From: a bacterium
Lineage (GTDB): Bacteria > UBA8248
Length of the DNA stretch: 64,000 bases
Reading direction: 5' to 3'
Assembly: GCA_965219955.1 (NCBI GenBank)
Contig: OZ244799.1
Span: 1,632,001-1,696,000 of the forward strand
This document shows positions 33,968 through 44,115 of the stretch, in pieces (positions within the stretch are counted from its first letter, which is position 1; every line of letters begins with the position of its first letter). A model generated the notes under the pieces. The model ran no database searches and was not told the DNA's origin. It worked only from the letters and a program-made list of their open reading frames with translations. Made by a program: the position numbers and the translations under genes.

Positions 33968-34034
33968 GGCTTTTTTCAGGACACAAGGATATCTGATGAC
34001 CAGGAATCATCATTCTTAAGCAACTGGAGAAAAC

Positions 34035-34400
34035 ATGCTGACCGGTTGTTCCCCGGTTTTTCTTCTCGTCATTTCAGGCGTGGGAATCGGAAGCTGGATG
34101 TTCGGAGATCACACTGCCGCCCGAATCACGGGGCTTTTGGCGATAATCGTCTTTCTCGCCTATTTCGCCCTTTTGAACTGGACGGCGCAAAACCGCCAGA
34201 AACAAGAATCAGACGCCCCGCGCGAAAAGGATTTGTATCAGGAAATCACGGGCCCGCACGATGACGGGACGCGCAGGGAGCCATTCACCGAAGACGACAG
34301 GGCGGAGTGGCGGAATTACCTCAAAACAGAAGGGAAGATCCTCTGGTTCGGGGTAGCGGGACTTCTTCTGGCGCTGCTCTATCTGACATGGAAAGACTGA
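34035..34400 (+). CDS. Hypothetical membrane protein
   Basis: GGAGA RBS, ATG start, three hydrophobic segments. Fills the gap between plsY and the next gene. Confidence 0.6.
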   Translation: MLTGCSPVFLLVISGVGIGSWMFGDHTAARITGLLAIIVFLAYFALLNWTAQNRQKQESDAPREKDLYQEITGPHDDGTRREPFTEDDRAEWRNYLKTEGKILWFGVAGLLLALLYLTWKD

Positions 34401-34432
34401 ATCACCAGCCTGTACGGATAAAGCGTAGGGCT

Positions 34433-35539
34433 TTATGCAAAAAACCGAATCACGGTATCCGCCACAAAATCGATATCCTCATCCGGCAATTCCGGGTAGA
34501 CGGGAAGCGACAAGACCTGGGCCGCCGCGGTTTCGCTCTCGGGAAAATCGCCCTCTTCATAACCGTCAAAACAGGGATGAAGATGCAAAGGTGAAGAATA
34601 ATACACGGCGCACCCAACGCCGTTCCGTAATAAATGTTCTTGCAGCGCGTTCCGCTCGGGTGTGCGAACCACGTATTGGTGAAACACATGGCCCTCACCC
34701 GGAATCGAAGGTGGCGTGAACCGCTCCCCGATGATCCCGCTGCTATCGAACCTGTCCTGATATTTCATGGCGTTTTGCTGTCTCTTGGCATTCCACTCTT
34801 CCAGGCGCTTCAGTTTGATGGATAAAACCGCCGCCTGCATCGTGTCCATCCTGAAATTACCGCCTACTTCGTCATACTCGGAATTATCGGGCGAACCGTG
34901 AATCCTGAGCTTGCGCATGCGCTCGGCGAGCGCGCCGTCTTTGGCTAAAACCATACCGGCATCGCCAAGCGCGCTCAGGTTTTTGGTCGGGTAAAACGAC
35001 AGGCAGCCCACATCTCCCATGGCTCCGGCCATACCCGGACCGATCCGCGCGCCGACGGCCTGGGCGGCGTCTTCCACCACGAAAAGCCGGTGGCGGTCGG
35101 CTATTTCGAGAATCTCCGCCATCTGAGCGCAGCGGCCGTACATGTGAACGGGCATGACCCCTTTCGTGTTCGATGAAATGGCTTCTTCGAGCCCCCCCGG
35201 CGCGAGATTGAACGTTTCGGGGTCGATATCCACGAACACCGGCTTCGCGCCCAGGCGATGGATGACGCCCGCGGTGGCGAAAAACGTAAACGGCGAAGTG
35301 ATGATTTCATCGCCCGGGCGAACGTCGTTCGCCATCAGCGCCAAGAGCAGTGCATCCGTGCCCGAGGAGACGGCGACGGCGTGTCCTGCGCCGCAATAGG
35401 CCGCCATTTCGGACTCGAAAGCGCCGATCTCCTCGCCCATGACGAACCTCTGGTGGGTCATCACGTTGTCGACTGCCGCCAGAATCTGCGCTTTCAGCGG
35501 CCCGTTTTGAGATTTCAAGTCATAAAGGGGTACGCGCAT
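34433..35539 (-). CDS. DegT/DnrJ/EryC1/StrS PLP-dependent sugar aminotransferase
   Basis: SSGTDAL, FTFFATA, EDAAQA, SFYPTKNL. Confidence 0.93.
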   Translation of the reverse strand: MRVPLYDLKSQNGPLKAQILAAVDNVMTHQRFVMGEEIGAFESEMAAYCGAGHAVAVSSGTDALLLALMANDVRPGDEIITSPFTFFATAGVIHRLGAKPVFVDIDPETFNLAPGGLEEAISSNTKGVMPVHMYGRCAQMAEILEIADRHRLFVVEDAAQAVGARIGPGMAGAMGDVGCLSFYPTKNLSALGDAGMVLAKDGALAERMRKLRIHGSPDNSEYDEVGGNFRMDTMQAAVLSIKLKRLEEWNAKRQQNAMKYQDRFDSSGIIGERFTPPSIPGEGHVFHQYVVRTPERNALQEHLLRNGVGCAVYYSSPLHLHPCFDGYEEGDFPESETAAAQVLSLPVYPELPDEDIDFVADTVIRFFA

Positions 35540-35586
35540 GGAGACTTTCTTGTCCTATCGAAAACCCTTTTGGACGAAACGCAAGT

Positions 35587-35673
35587 TGGTGCCGGAGGCC
35601 GGACTCGAACCGGCAAGGGGTTGCCCCCGGTGGATTTTGAGTCCACTGCGTCTACCAATTCCGCCACTCCGGC
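35587..35673 (-). tRNA. tRNA-Leu (CAA), class II with long variable arm
   Basis: Reverse complement GCCGGAGTGGCGGAATTGGTAGACGCAGTGGACTCAAAATCCAC...GGTTCGAGTCCGGCCTCCGGCACCA. Anticodon loop CT-CAA-AA, encoded CCA end. Confidence 0.96.
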
Positions 35674-35753
35674 AGAAAGAGGGTGTAACTTAGCCTCTCC
35701 TCATGCCTTCTGGCAAGATGCGTCTCGTATTTTCGTTTCGCTGCGTGCGGGGC

Positions 35754-35990
35754 TCATCCACCATATTCCGACCAGCTCGACGCCGAAACCTCCTGCGCGT
35801 CCACTCGCCAGGAGATGGAATCCTCGCACTCGGGACACAAAACGATGAAGCGCCCCTCCGGCTCTTCTTCCATCTCGTCCCTGAACACCTTGAGGCAGTT
35901 GCGGCAATGCACCCGGCTGCAGGCGGTACACGCATTGGGTTGCGCATGCCGGAACCGCAAACCGCATGCGGGGCATTCATGAGTTTCCAC
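35754..35990 (-). CDS. Small 8-Cys zinc-finger protein
   Basis: Four CxxC pairs (CPAC, CTAC, CRNC, CPEC) in 78 aa. AAGGGA upstream. Confidence 0.6.
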   Translation of the reverse strand: METHECPACGLRFRHAQPNACTACSRVHCRNCLKVFRDEMEEEPEGRFIVLCPECEDSISWRVDAQEVSASSWSEYGG

Positions 35991-36117
35991 GATTTCCCTT
36001 TCATCCGCGCCGCCGCGGATAGTACGTCTTCATGGCGGCGTTTTCGAATCTTTGCTACATTTTCTTGAACCCAAACCATCAAATTTCTCGCATTTTTCCT
36101 GAAAGGACGAATATACC

Positions 36118-36891
36118 ATGATTATCGACACGGACCGCCTGGATGATTACGAGATTCTCGACTTGAGCCACCCCTGGGGGCACGGCGCCCCGCTTTGGCC
36201 CTATTTCCCTGATGTCAAGATCGAAAGGTTCCACTATCACGCCAAGAGCCAGGTTCTGAGCCAGCAAATCACCACGTTCATGCACTGCACGACCCACACC
36301 GACGCGCCCGCTCACGTCATCGAGGGCACGCCTTTCATGGACGAGGTGCCGCTGCGAAGCTATTTCGGCAACGCCGTGTGCGTCGATATTCCAAAAGACG
36401 AATGGGAGGTCATTACGCCTGAAGACCTCGAAAACGCGAGGCCGGAGATCCGCCCGGGCGACATCGTCATCGTCCACACCGGATGGCACCGTTATTACGG
36501 CGACAACACGAGATACTTCATCTATTCCCCCGGCCTGTACAAGGAAGCCGGGGAATGGTTCGTGGAACGCGGCGTGAAGGGTGTGGGCGTTGACCAGCAG
36601 GCGCTCGACCATCCGCTGGGCACGAAAATCGCCTGGGGGCCCCAGCCCATCTGCCCCTTCACTCTCAAGGAATATGAAGAACGCTTCGACCGCCCGACCA
36701 GCGAGGCTTTCCCCGACTGGGAGCCCTGCCACCGTGCGCTTCTGGGGAACGGCATCGTCGGCTTCGAGAACGTGGGGGGAGACATCGACAAGGTCGTGGG
36801 CAAACGATTCGCGCTGGCCGCATTTCCCTGGCGCTGGACGGGCGGGGACGGCTGTATCGTGAGGATGGTCGCGTTTTTACCGAAAAACTAG
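36118..36891 (+). CDS. Cyclase/kynurenine formamidase-family metallohydrolase
   Basis: DLSHPW, HCTTHTDAPAH metal motif, GDIVIVHTGW, ENVGGD. Confidence 0.88.
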   Translation: MIIDTDRLDDYEILDLSHPWGHGAPLWPYFPDVKIERFHYHAKSQVLSQQITTFMHCTTHTDAPAHVIEGTPFMDEVPLRSYFGNAVCVDIPKDEWEVITPEDLENARPEIRPGDIVIVHTGWHRYYGDNTRYFIYSPGLYKEAGEWFVERGVKGVGVDQQALDHPLGTKIAWGPQPICPFTLKEYEERFDRPTSEAFPDWEPCHRALLGNGIVGFENVGGDIDKVVGKRFALAAFPWRWTGGDGCIVRMVAFLPKN

Positions 36892-37220
36892 CCTGCTGCT
36901 ACCGGCTCGGGTTTTTTCTTGCTGGTCTGCTTTGAGGCCGTTCCGTTCGAGGCCGCCGTCTCTTTCTTCTCGGTGGATTTGCTCTCTGATTTCGAATCGG
37001 AAGCCGTGCTCTGAGACTCGGTCTCTTGCTTTTTACCGTTCGAGGCGTAATCCGTCACATACCAGCCATCGCCTTTCAGGTGGAAGGCGGAGCGGGAGAT
37101 TTTGCGTCTGAGCCTGAGCGCGCCGCAACTCGGGCACTTCCGGAGAGCGCCGGCCCCCATTCGCTGGATGACTTCGTGCTCATCTCCACATGCGCTGCAT
37201 TCATATTCGTAAATCGGCAC
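36888..37220 (-). CDS. FmdB-family zinc-ribbon protein
   Basis: MPIYEYECSACG...CPSCG...FHLKGDGWYVTDY plus low-complexity tail. Confidence 0.9.
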   Translation of the reverse strand: MPIYEYECSACGDEHEVIQRMGAGALRKCPSCGALRLRRKISRSAFHLKGDGWYVTDYASNGKKQETESQSTASDSKSESKSTEKKETAASNGTASKQTSKKKPEPVAAG

Positions 37221-37239
37221 TTCTGTTCTCTCCTCGTCG

Positions 37240-38154
37240 TTATATGAAAGTAAGCCAATCGAGCTTGCTCTCGTCGCGCCCGTTCACGATCTCGAAAAAT
37301 GCGGATTGAATTCTCTTCGTCACCGGGCCGGGCTCTCCGGTGCCGATAGTCCTGTCGTCCACCTCCCGGATGGGAGTCACCTCGGCGGCCGTACCGGTGA
37401 AGAAGGCCTCATCCGCCACATAGACTTCATCCCGGGCGAAGGGAGCAACCTGCAGTTCCACACCCTGCTCATCAGCGAGTTGAACGATGGTGTCGCGCGT
37501 AATCCCCCCCAGCACGCCATGGAGCGGCGGCGTCTTGAGTACGCCGTCCCGAACGATAAAAATGTTCTCGCCCGAACCCTGGGTCACCAGACCCTCCGGG
37601 TCCAGCATGAGCGCCTCATCATAGCCCGCGCCCACGGACTCAAGCTTCGCCATCTGGCTGACGGCGTAGTTGCCCGTGGTCTTCGCCTTGGTCATGTAGC
37701 TGTTCGGGTGATGGGACGTGAAGGATGAGACCTTGACCCGAATGCCCTTCGCCAAGCCCTCCTCGCCCAGATACGCCCCCCAACTCCAGACCGCGACCAT
37801 CGCATGGGTGGGCGCTCCTTTGGGGTTCACCCCCATGGACCCGTAACCGATCCAGATGAGCGGACGGATGTAGCACGCCTTCATCCCGTTGGTGCGAATC
37901 GTCTCCAGCACCGCCTCGGTGAAGTCATCCTGTGAGACGGGCACGTCCAGACCCACAATCTGCGCGGAATCATAGAGCCTCCGCATGTGCTCCTCCAGGC
38001 GGAAAACGGCGGAGCCACGCTCGGTCTGATAGCAGCGAATTCCCTCGAATACCCCCAATCCGTAGTGCAGCGTATGCGTGAGGACATGAATTCTGGCTTC
38101 ATCCCAAGGGACGAATTTTCCGTCCATCCAAATTTTATCTGTTGCGCCTTCCAA
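37240..38154 (-). CDS. ilvE: Branched-chain amino acid aminotransferase
   Basis: HTLHYGLGVFEG, AKTTGNY, GENIF, GITR, GTAAEVTP. TTG at 38154 with GGAGG RBS. Confidence 0.95.
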   Translation of the reverse strand: MEGATDKIWMDGKFVPWDEARIHVLTHTLHYGLGVFEGIRCYQTERGSAVFRLEEHMRRLYDSAQIVGLDVPVSQDDFTEAVLETIRTNGMKACYIRPLIWIGYGSMGVNPKGAPTHAMVAVWSWGAYLGEEGLAKGIRVKVSSFTSHHPNSYMTKAKTTGNYAVSQMAKLESVGAGYDEALMLDPEGLVTQGSGENIFIVRDGVLKTPPLHGVLGGITRDTIVQLADEQGVELQVAPFARDEVYVADEAFFTGTAAEVTPIREVDDRTIGTGEPGPVTKRIQSAFFEIVNGRDESKLDWLTFI

Positions 38155-38282
38155 AAAAACATCCTCCAGCACTGTGGGATTGTGGGGCCCGGAATTCCGA
38201 ACAACCGCGCAAGTATAGTGATTCGACACGGATGGGCGCAAGCCTCCGAGACAAATAAATCACGCGCAATTTCCGGTCAAAA

Positions 38283-39281
38283 TCAGTCTTCGTAGACCTC
38301 GGGGTTGAGCAGGGTCTCAGGATTCACCCGCTCTCCCCTCAATACAGCCAGCACGTTCTCGCCGGCCAAACGGTTCACCCGTTCGCGCGCCTCGTGGCTC
38401 GCCCCGGCGAAGTGCGGCGTCACCACGGCGTTCGGAAGAGCGAAAAGCGGATTCTCCGGGTCCGGGGGTTCTTCCTCGAAAACATCGATGCCGGCCGAGG
38501 CGATTTCCCCTTCCCTGAGCGCGTGAACCAGCGCCGCTTCATCGATTATCGCGCCACGAGCGCAGTTCACGAGAACCGCAGGTTTTTTCATCAAGCGAAA
38601 CCTTTGGGCATCGAACATGTGGCGCGTCTCGGGCGTCAGGCTGCAATGAATCGAAATGAAATCGGATTCGCTCGTCAACCTGTCCAGCTCCACCGGCTCT
38701 ACGCCCGCCTCGCGGATCGCCTCATCGCGCACGAACGCGTCATATGCCAGGATGCGGCCCTGAAAACCCGACAGCAGCCGGGCCAGTTCCCGCCCGATGT
38801 TCCCGAAACCGACGATGCCGAACGTCGCCCCGCTCATCTCGTTGGCGATCCAGATGCCCTCACGCCAGCCCCCTTTTCGCAGCTTTTCCATCCCCTGTGG
38901 AATCCGGCGGCTCGCAGCCAGCATCAGGCCCAGGGACGCTTCCGCTACGGCGACGGCGTTCGCGCCCGGACAGTTCGTCACCGGGATTTTTCGCCTCGTG
39001 GCGGCGGGTATGTCGATATTCTCAACGCCCACGCCAATCTTGGCGATGAGCTGCAAGCGTGTGCCGGCCTCGATCACCCGCTCGGTGATCTGCTCTCTCG
39101 ACGTCACCAGCAGGGCGTCCCATTCATGGGCATCGCGCACCAATTCGTCTTCGGACCATTTCCGGTGGCCGCCGTCACGAAACTCGCCATACGGCTCCAG
39201 CATGTTTCGCAACGATTCGATGGGCGCGCGCGCCTCGGGCACGAAAATCACGACGTTGCGGTTCAATAAACCACCCTCCAT
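38283..39281 (-). CDS. D-isomer-specific 2-hydroxyacid dehydrogenase (SerA-like, no ACT domain)
   Basis: GVGVENID, GFGNIG, NCARG, DVFEEEP, TPHFAG. Confidence 0.9.
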   Translation of the reverse strand: MEGGLLNRNVVIFVPEARAPIESLRNMLEPYGEFRDGGHRKWSEDELVRDAHEWDALLVTSREQITERVIEAGTRLQLIAKIGVGVENIDIPAATRRKIPVTNCPGANAVAVAEASLGLMLAASRRIPQGMEKLRKGGWREGIWIANEMSGATFGIVGFGNIGRELARLLSGFQGRILAYDAFVRDEAIREAGVEPVELDRLTSESDFISIHCSLTPETRHMFDAQRFRLMKKPAVLVNCARGAIIDEAALVHALREGEIASAGIDVFEEEPPDPENPLFALPNAVVTPHFAGASHEARERVNRLAGENVLAVLRGERVNPETLLNPEVYED

Positions 39282-39303
39282 TCAGCCACCTCGCGGCAAT
39301 CTG

Positions 39304-40113
39304 CTAGGTGCCGACAATCAATGTGGATGTTCGATCTCTGAGGAAGGAAAAAGTCGAGAGATACGTCAATATGCCCGTTCGATGATTTTCAGAAGGCACG
39401 TTCTCGATGCGGATGAAAGAACGCCCGAATTCCCCTATCGCTTCAACCTCATGGATGTTTCGATTGACCGTGGGGTCGCACACAACCCGCAATTTCGTCC
39501 TGTGCGGCCCGATGCCCGCGAAGCTCACGGCGGCGGATACGTTCACGTTGGCAGGAAACGCCTTGCACGCTTCCAGGGGATTCCCCTCGAAAATAACAGT
39601 CGGTTCATCAATCGCATTGAGGTCTATCCCCCGGGCTTCGATATAGGGTGCTCCCTTGAGGCTCTCTGGCGGTTTTCTGGTCGTCATGGTGACGGATTCC
39701 ATGCTGCCGGCCGAGGCCCCCTTGAGTCCGTCCAAGCCAATGATGGCGCCCGAGGGAATGAAAATGCGGGAACCTCCCCGCTTCGCCGCCTCGATCAAAT
39801 CATCCCGTTCGAGAAGCGCGCCCACGGAATTGACGATGACGTCTTTTCCTCGGGCAAAACTCTCATGACAAATCGCCTCCACGGTGCCTCCGCCCGAGGC
39901 TTCCATCACGACTTCCGCCCCTTGCGCCACGCCCGCCAGATCCGTCATGCGCGGCGGGTTTTCAAGGGCTTCCAAAAAACCTTTCACCTTCTCCGGTGTA
40001 CGGGTCGCGGCGACCGGTATATCGACGGGAATTTTCCCTTCATCCGCCGCCTTCACTACGGCCTTGCCTATGACGCCCAGACCCACGACCCCGAGTTTCA
40101 TGACGCGCTCCAT
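39304..40113 (-). CDS. nadX: L-aspartate dehydrogenase-like protein
   Basis: GLGVIG, SVGAL, PSGAIIGLD, RKPP, FPANVNV, NIHE. Confidence 0.85.
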   Translation of the reverse strand: MERVMKLGVVGLGVIGKAVVKAADEGKIPVDIPVAATRTPEKVKGFLEALENPPRMTDLAGVAQGAEVVMEASGGGTVEAICHESFARGKDVIVNSVGALLERDDLIEAAKRGGSRIFIPSGAIIGLDGLKGASAGSMESVTMTTRKPPESLKGAPYIEARGIDLNAIDEPTVIFEGNPLEACKAFPANVNVSAAVSFAGIGPHRTKLRVVCDPTVNRNIHEVEAIGEFGRSFIRIENVPSENHRTGILTYLSTFSFLRDRTSTLIVGT

Positions 40114-40234
40114 ATGAAAACGGACGTTATTTCAATAACTTTACTCGATATACCTCATCCAATAAAGTAAAGGTTCTCAACGCGCTTCATGACGTTGTTG
40201 AATCCAAATAATCCTTGATGGCCTTCCAATGCAC

Positions 40235-41317
40235 TCAATCGGACCAGTCGATGCGGCTCCCCAAACCGAGGCGCCAATGATCCGCCAGAACGAGCGCCAT
40301 CATCGCCTCTCCGATGGGAACCGCCCGCGTCGCCACGCACGGGTCGTGCCGTCCCTCCACCTTCACGGTCGTTTTCTCTCCGGACGCCGTCACCGTGTCC
40401 TGCTCTATCAAAATGGAGGAAGTCGGCTTCACCGCGAAGCGAACCACAACCGGTGCGCCTGAGGATATGCCGCCCAAAATTCCGCCTGCGTTGTTCGTCC
40501 TCACCCTCGGCTCCCCGTCTTTCATCTCGAACGGGTCGTTGTTCTCGGAACCCCGCATGCCGGCGGCCCTGAAACCGGAGCCGATTTCCACCCCCTTCAC
40601 CGCGTTGATGCTCATCATCGCCGCCGCAAGATCGGAGTCGAGACGCCCGTAAAGCGGCTCGCCCCAGCCCGCTGGAACGCCATCGGCCCGAACCGTGATG
40701 GCGCCGCCCACCGAATCGCCCGCCTTGCGGGCCTCGAGGATAGCCGCCTCCATCCGGGACGCCGTCTCCGCATCCGGACAACGAACGATGTTTCGCTCTA
40801 TCTCGTCCGCGTCGAAGCGCGCACCATCCCAGCTTACCGGCCCCACCTGATCGACATATCCCAGAATCGATACACCGAGACGGGCGAGGAGTTTCTTGGC
40901 TATCGCTCCCGCCGCAACGCGAGCAGCCGTCTCCCGCGCGCTGGAACGCCCCCCGCCCCGGTGGTCCCGAATCCCCCATTTCTGGATGTAGGTGAAATCC
41001 GCGTGTCCCGGGCGAAACAGGTTGCGCAAGGGCTCATATTTGCTTGAATCGGCGTCCTTGTTCCGGATAATCACCGAGATGGGATGCCCGGTCGTCCGGC
41101 CCTCGAAGACACCAGATAAAATCTCCGCCCGGTCCTCTTCTTTTCGCTGGGTCGTCACCCGGCTCTGGCCCGGCCGCCTGCGGTCCAGATCCCGCTGGAG
41201 GTCGGACTCAGCGAGCGGCAAACCCGCCGGACAGCCGTCCACCACGACGCCCAAAGCGGGGCCATGCGACTCCCCCCAGGTTGTAAAACGAAACAAACGG
41301 CCAAAAGTGTTCGACAC
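40235..41317 (-). CDS. aroC: Chorismate synthase
   Basis: [34 protein letters not shown]. Confidence 0.97.
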   Translation of the reverse strand: MSNTFGRLFRFTTWGESHGPALGVVVDGCPAGLPLAESDLQRDLDRRRPGQSRVTTQRKEEDRAEILSGVFEGRTTGHPISVIIRNKDADSSKYEPLRNLFRPGHADFTYIQKWGIRDHRGGGRSSARETAARVAAGAIAKKLLARLGVSILGYVDQVGPVSWDGARFDADEIERNIVRCPDAETASRMEAAILEARKAGDSVGGAITVRADGVPAGWGEPLYGRLDSDLAAAMMSINAVKGVEIGSGFRAAGMRGSENNDPFEMKDGEPRVRTNNAGGILGGISSGAPVVVRFAVKPTSSILIEQDTVTASGEKTTVKVEGRHDPCVATRAVPIGEAMMALVLADHWRLGLGSRIDWSD

Positions 41318-41328
41318 GATTCCCCTCT

Positions 41329-41868
41329 CTAGCTCCCAGCCTTCGACAACACCGCGCGAATTTCAGGCAGAGCCGCCGCGACGACCGCCTCAGGCGCGCG
41401 CGCGTTCTCAACGACTAACTTCGCGAGTTCTTCATAGCGCGGAACGCGCTTTTTGAAAAGCAGACGCAACGCTTCTTCCGGATCCGCCTCGTTCTCGATA
41501 TAGGCGGGCCAGCCATCGGCGCGCACCCTCTCGATGATATCATTCTCCGGCACCTGGAGATAAACCACGCAGTGGGGAGCAAGGAGAGCATCGACGCCCG
41601 GCGCCATCGGCGTGCCGCCTCCGAGCGCAAGAACGAGGTTCGGTTGACCGAGTTGCTCGCGCAGCAAGTGATTTTCCATTGCCCGGAAGGATTCTTCGCC
41701 TCTTGATCTGAAAACCTCGCGAAACCCCAGCCGCTCTCCTGTTTCCTCGAAATGTCTTTGTTCGATCAAATGGTCGAGATCATGGAAAGAGAACCCCATT
41801 TTTTCGGCGAGCAATGGACCGATAGTCGACTTGCCGCATCCCTTAAAACCGATGAGCACGACGCTCAA
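41329..41868 (-). CDS. aroK: Shikimate kinase
   Basis: [25 protein letters not shown]. Confidence 0.88.
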   Translation of the reverse strand: MSVVLIGFKGCGKSTIGPLLAEKMGFSFHDLDHLIEQRHFEETGERLGFREVFRSRGEESFRAMENHLLREQLGQPNLVLALGGGTPMAPGVDALLAPHCVVYLQVPENDIIERVRADGWPAYIENEADPEEALRLLFKKRVPRYEELAKLVVENARAPEAVVAAALPEIRAVLSKAGS

Positions 41869-42857
41869 GAGGAACCCTCCATACGTGACTCCAATTCCAG
41901 ATACCGGGAAACCCTGTCATGGGCCTTTTCCAATATAGCCCCGAAATCCTTTTCCCGGGGTTCATACCAGTTCACGCCCTCGAGCTTGCGGAACCAGGTG
42001 CGCTGACGTTTCGCGTAGTTGCGGTGCAGCCTGGATATTTCCCGAACCGCCTCGTTCTCTGCCATCTGTCCCCTGCGCAACGCGAGGGCCTCCTGGAATC
42101 CAAGACCCTCGAACACCCGGGCGCCGGTGAGATTCTTCTCGGCCAGCATCGCCACTTCTTCCAGCATTCCGCCCGAGAGCATCCGCCGCACCCTGCGCTC
42201 GATCCGCTCGGCGAGGATGGGCGCCGGATACCTGAGGCCAATATACAACGAAGACGCGAACCTGGGCGCATTTTGCTCGGCGCGCAACCGCGAAACCGGC
42301 CGCCCCGTCGCCTCATACACCTCCAGGGCGCGAACCACCCGCCGCAGATCGTTGGGATGAAGTTTCGCGGCCGTTTCGGGGTCGACGGCGAAGAGGCGCT
42401 CGTGCATAGCCTTATGCCCCCGCCTGGAAGCCTCCCCTTCCAATCGCTCCCTGATTGCCGGCTGCGCTTCAGGTCCCTCGAAAAATCCCTCCACCAAAGC
42501 GCGGATATACAAACCGCTCCCTCCCACCACGAGCGGGTATGCGCCTCTGCGATAAATTTCCTCGATGCAAAGGAGCGCCTCATCCGCATAGCGCGCTGCG
42601 CTATAAGTCTCCCCCAATTCCGCTACATCCATCATATGATGCGGCACGCCGCCGCGTTCATCCAAACCGGGCTTTGCGGTGCCCACGCCGATACCCCGAT
42701 AAATCTGCCTGGCGTCGGCGCCGACAATTTCCAGGGACACGCTCTCCTCCAGGAAGCGCTTCGCCAGCGCAACGCCAAAAGCCGATTTCCCCGAACACGT
42801 GGTTCCCACTATGAGAATGATGGGGCGTGAACATCCTGATGATGGCTTGCGATTCAT
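41865..42857 (-). CDS. miaA: tRNA dimethylallyltransferase
   Basis: GTTCSGKS, DARQIY, GTAKP, GGSGLY, YAKRQRTWF. Confidence 0.95.
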   Translation of the reverse strand: MNRKPSSGCSRPIILIVGTTCSGKSAFGVALAKRFLEESVSLEIVGADARQIYRGIGVGTAKPGLDERGGVPHHMMDVAELGETYSAARYADEALLCIEEIYRRGAYPLVVGGSGLYIRALVEGFFEGPEAQPAIRERLEGEASRRGHKAMHERLFAVDPETAAKLHPNDLRRVVRALEVYEATGRPVSRLRAEQNAPRFASSLYIGLRYPAPILAERIERRVRRMLSGGMLEEVAMLAEKNLTGARVFEGLGFQEALALRRGQMAENEAVREISRLHRNYAKRQRTWFRKLEGVNWYEPREKDFGAILEKAHDRVSRYLELESRMEGSS

Positions 42858-42967
42858 GGGCTGGGTGCTTCAGGCGGAGGCGGCTCGTCTCGCCAAAAGA
42901 TGAGAAAGTCCTGGAAGCATCTCATGTCCAGATCGGGCACGAGAGCGAGCACAAAAGCCGCCTCGCT

Positions 42968-43501
42968 TCAAGAGCAAAGCGCTTCGAGCGCATCCTGAAA
43001 CGCGCCAAAGTCTGCATCCGAGAACAGCACGAATTCTATCCGGGTCAGCATGCCCGTCGACGCCTGCAGGTGCGCCAGGCAGACCTCGAGCATACGGGAG
43101 GCGACCGTCTTCACATCCAGGCCCCCGACGCCCGTGCCGATGGCGGGAAACGCGATGCTGCCCAGCGAATTCTCCTCGGCCACTTCGAGGCTCGCCCGGG
43201 TGCAGGCTTCCACGATTTCGGGCGAGGTACTAAGGTCCGTCCCCATTCCCGCCGCATGAATCACGTGCCGGGCGCGGAGTTCGCCGCCACCCGTGATTAC
43301 GGCACCCCCGATCCGAATCGGCCCTTTCGATACCGCCTCGGCCTCTATCGTTTTCCCGCCTTTTCTCTTGATGGCGCCGGCCACGCCCGCGCCCATCCAG
43401 AGATGGTTGTTGGCCGCATTCACGATGGCGTCCACTTCGGACTCGGTGATATCACCCTGCCGAAGAACCACGCATCCGCGACCGACGCGCTTTTCATTCA
43501 T
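42968..43501 (-). CDS. Macro-domain (ADP-ribose-binding/hydrolase) protein
   Basis: GDITE..DAIVNAAN...GAGVAGAI, IAFPAIGTG. Confidence 0.92.
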   Translation of the reverse strand: MNEKRVGRGCVVLRQGDITESEVDAIVNAANNHLWMGAGVAGAIKRKGGKTIEAEAVSKGPIRIGGAVITGGGELRARHVIHAAGMGTDLSTSPEIVEACTRASLEVAEENSLGSIAFPAIGTGVGGLDVKTVASRMLEVCLAHLQASTGMLTRIEFVLFSDADFGAFQDALEALCS

Positions 43502-43561
43502 GAGAAAAATTCCGGTTGGGCGGGATTGTCCCGGGGGACATGCCAACTGAAGACCGCTTGA

Positions 43562-43951
43562 CTAGAAGAGAGATTCTTCCTCCGACGATTCTCCATACGC
43601 ATCGGAACCGGCCGACGCTGAAGCGTCTCTGCCCGAGGAACCGGGCACTCCATCATCCTCGAAAGGAGCCGCTCCGGAGTGATCGACCATCTGCCTCAAT
43701 TCTTTCCCCGCCTTGAAGAACGGCACATTCTTGGGCGGAATCGCGACCGCTTCACCCGTTCTCGGGTTCCGGCCGTCGCGGCTGTTCCTCGAACGCACCC
43801 GGAAACTCCCGAATCCACGCAATTCCACCTTATCGCCATTCGACAAGGAATTCATGATGCTTCCGAACACGATGTTCACGATGCGCTCGGTGTCTTTTTT
43901 CGTGAGATTGATTTTCTCAGCTATCTGTTCAACCAACTCGGCCTTAGTCAT
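43562..43951 (-). CDS. ihfB: Integration host factor beta subunit with acidic C-terminal tail
   Basis: MTKAEL, VELRGFGSF, GRNPRTG, PFFKAGKELR. Located downstream of rpsA. Confidence 0.9.
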   Translation of the reverse strand: MTKAELVEQIAEKINLTKKDTERIVNIVFGSIMNSLSNGDKVELRGFGSFRVRSRNSRDGRNPRTGEAVAIPPKNVPFFKAGKELRQMVDHSGAAPFEDDGVPGSSGRDASASAGSDAYGESSEEESLF

Positions 43952-44115
43952 GAGAATCATCATCCTTACGAGCGAGATGGATACATTAGCGATTCGGAGT
44001 ATCCAAGCAATTCATCAAATAGCGACGAACCTCCTCAGGCGGCGAGAAGTTTCGTGATCATACTTTCCACAAAATCATCGGATGGGCTCCCCTACCATCC
44101 ACGCTATTCTTACGT

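Noticed and set aside
34405-34445. Replication terminus/dif at the point where gene orientation converges
   Set aside because: TGTACGGATAA...TTATGCAAAAA has an 11-nt rather than 6-nt spacer and a poor XerD arm. The plus strand looks C-rich on both sides by eye.
35587-35673. Island integrated at tRNA-Leu
   Set aside because: No duplicated tRNA 3' end was found and no integrase is adjacent; the downstream gene is an ordinary sugar aminotransferase.
44050-44075. Rex operator (TTCGTGA...TCCACAA), and Rex boxes upstream of atp/rex
   Set aside because: Spacing does not fit TTGTGAA-N4-TTCACAA, and no convincing site was found near atpZ or rex.
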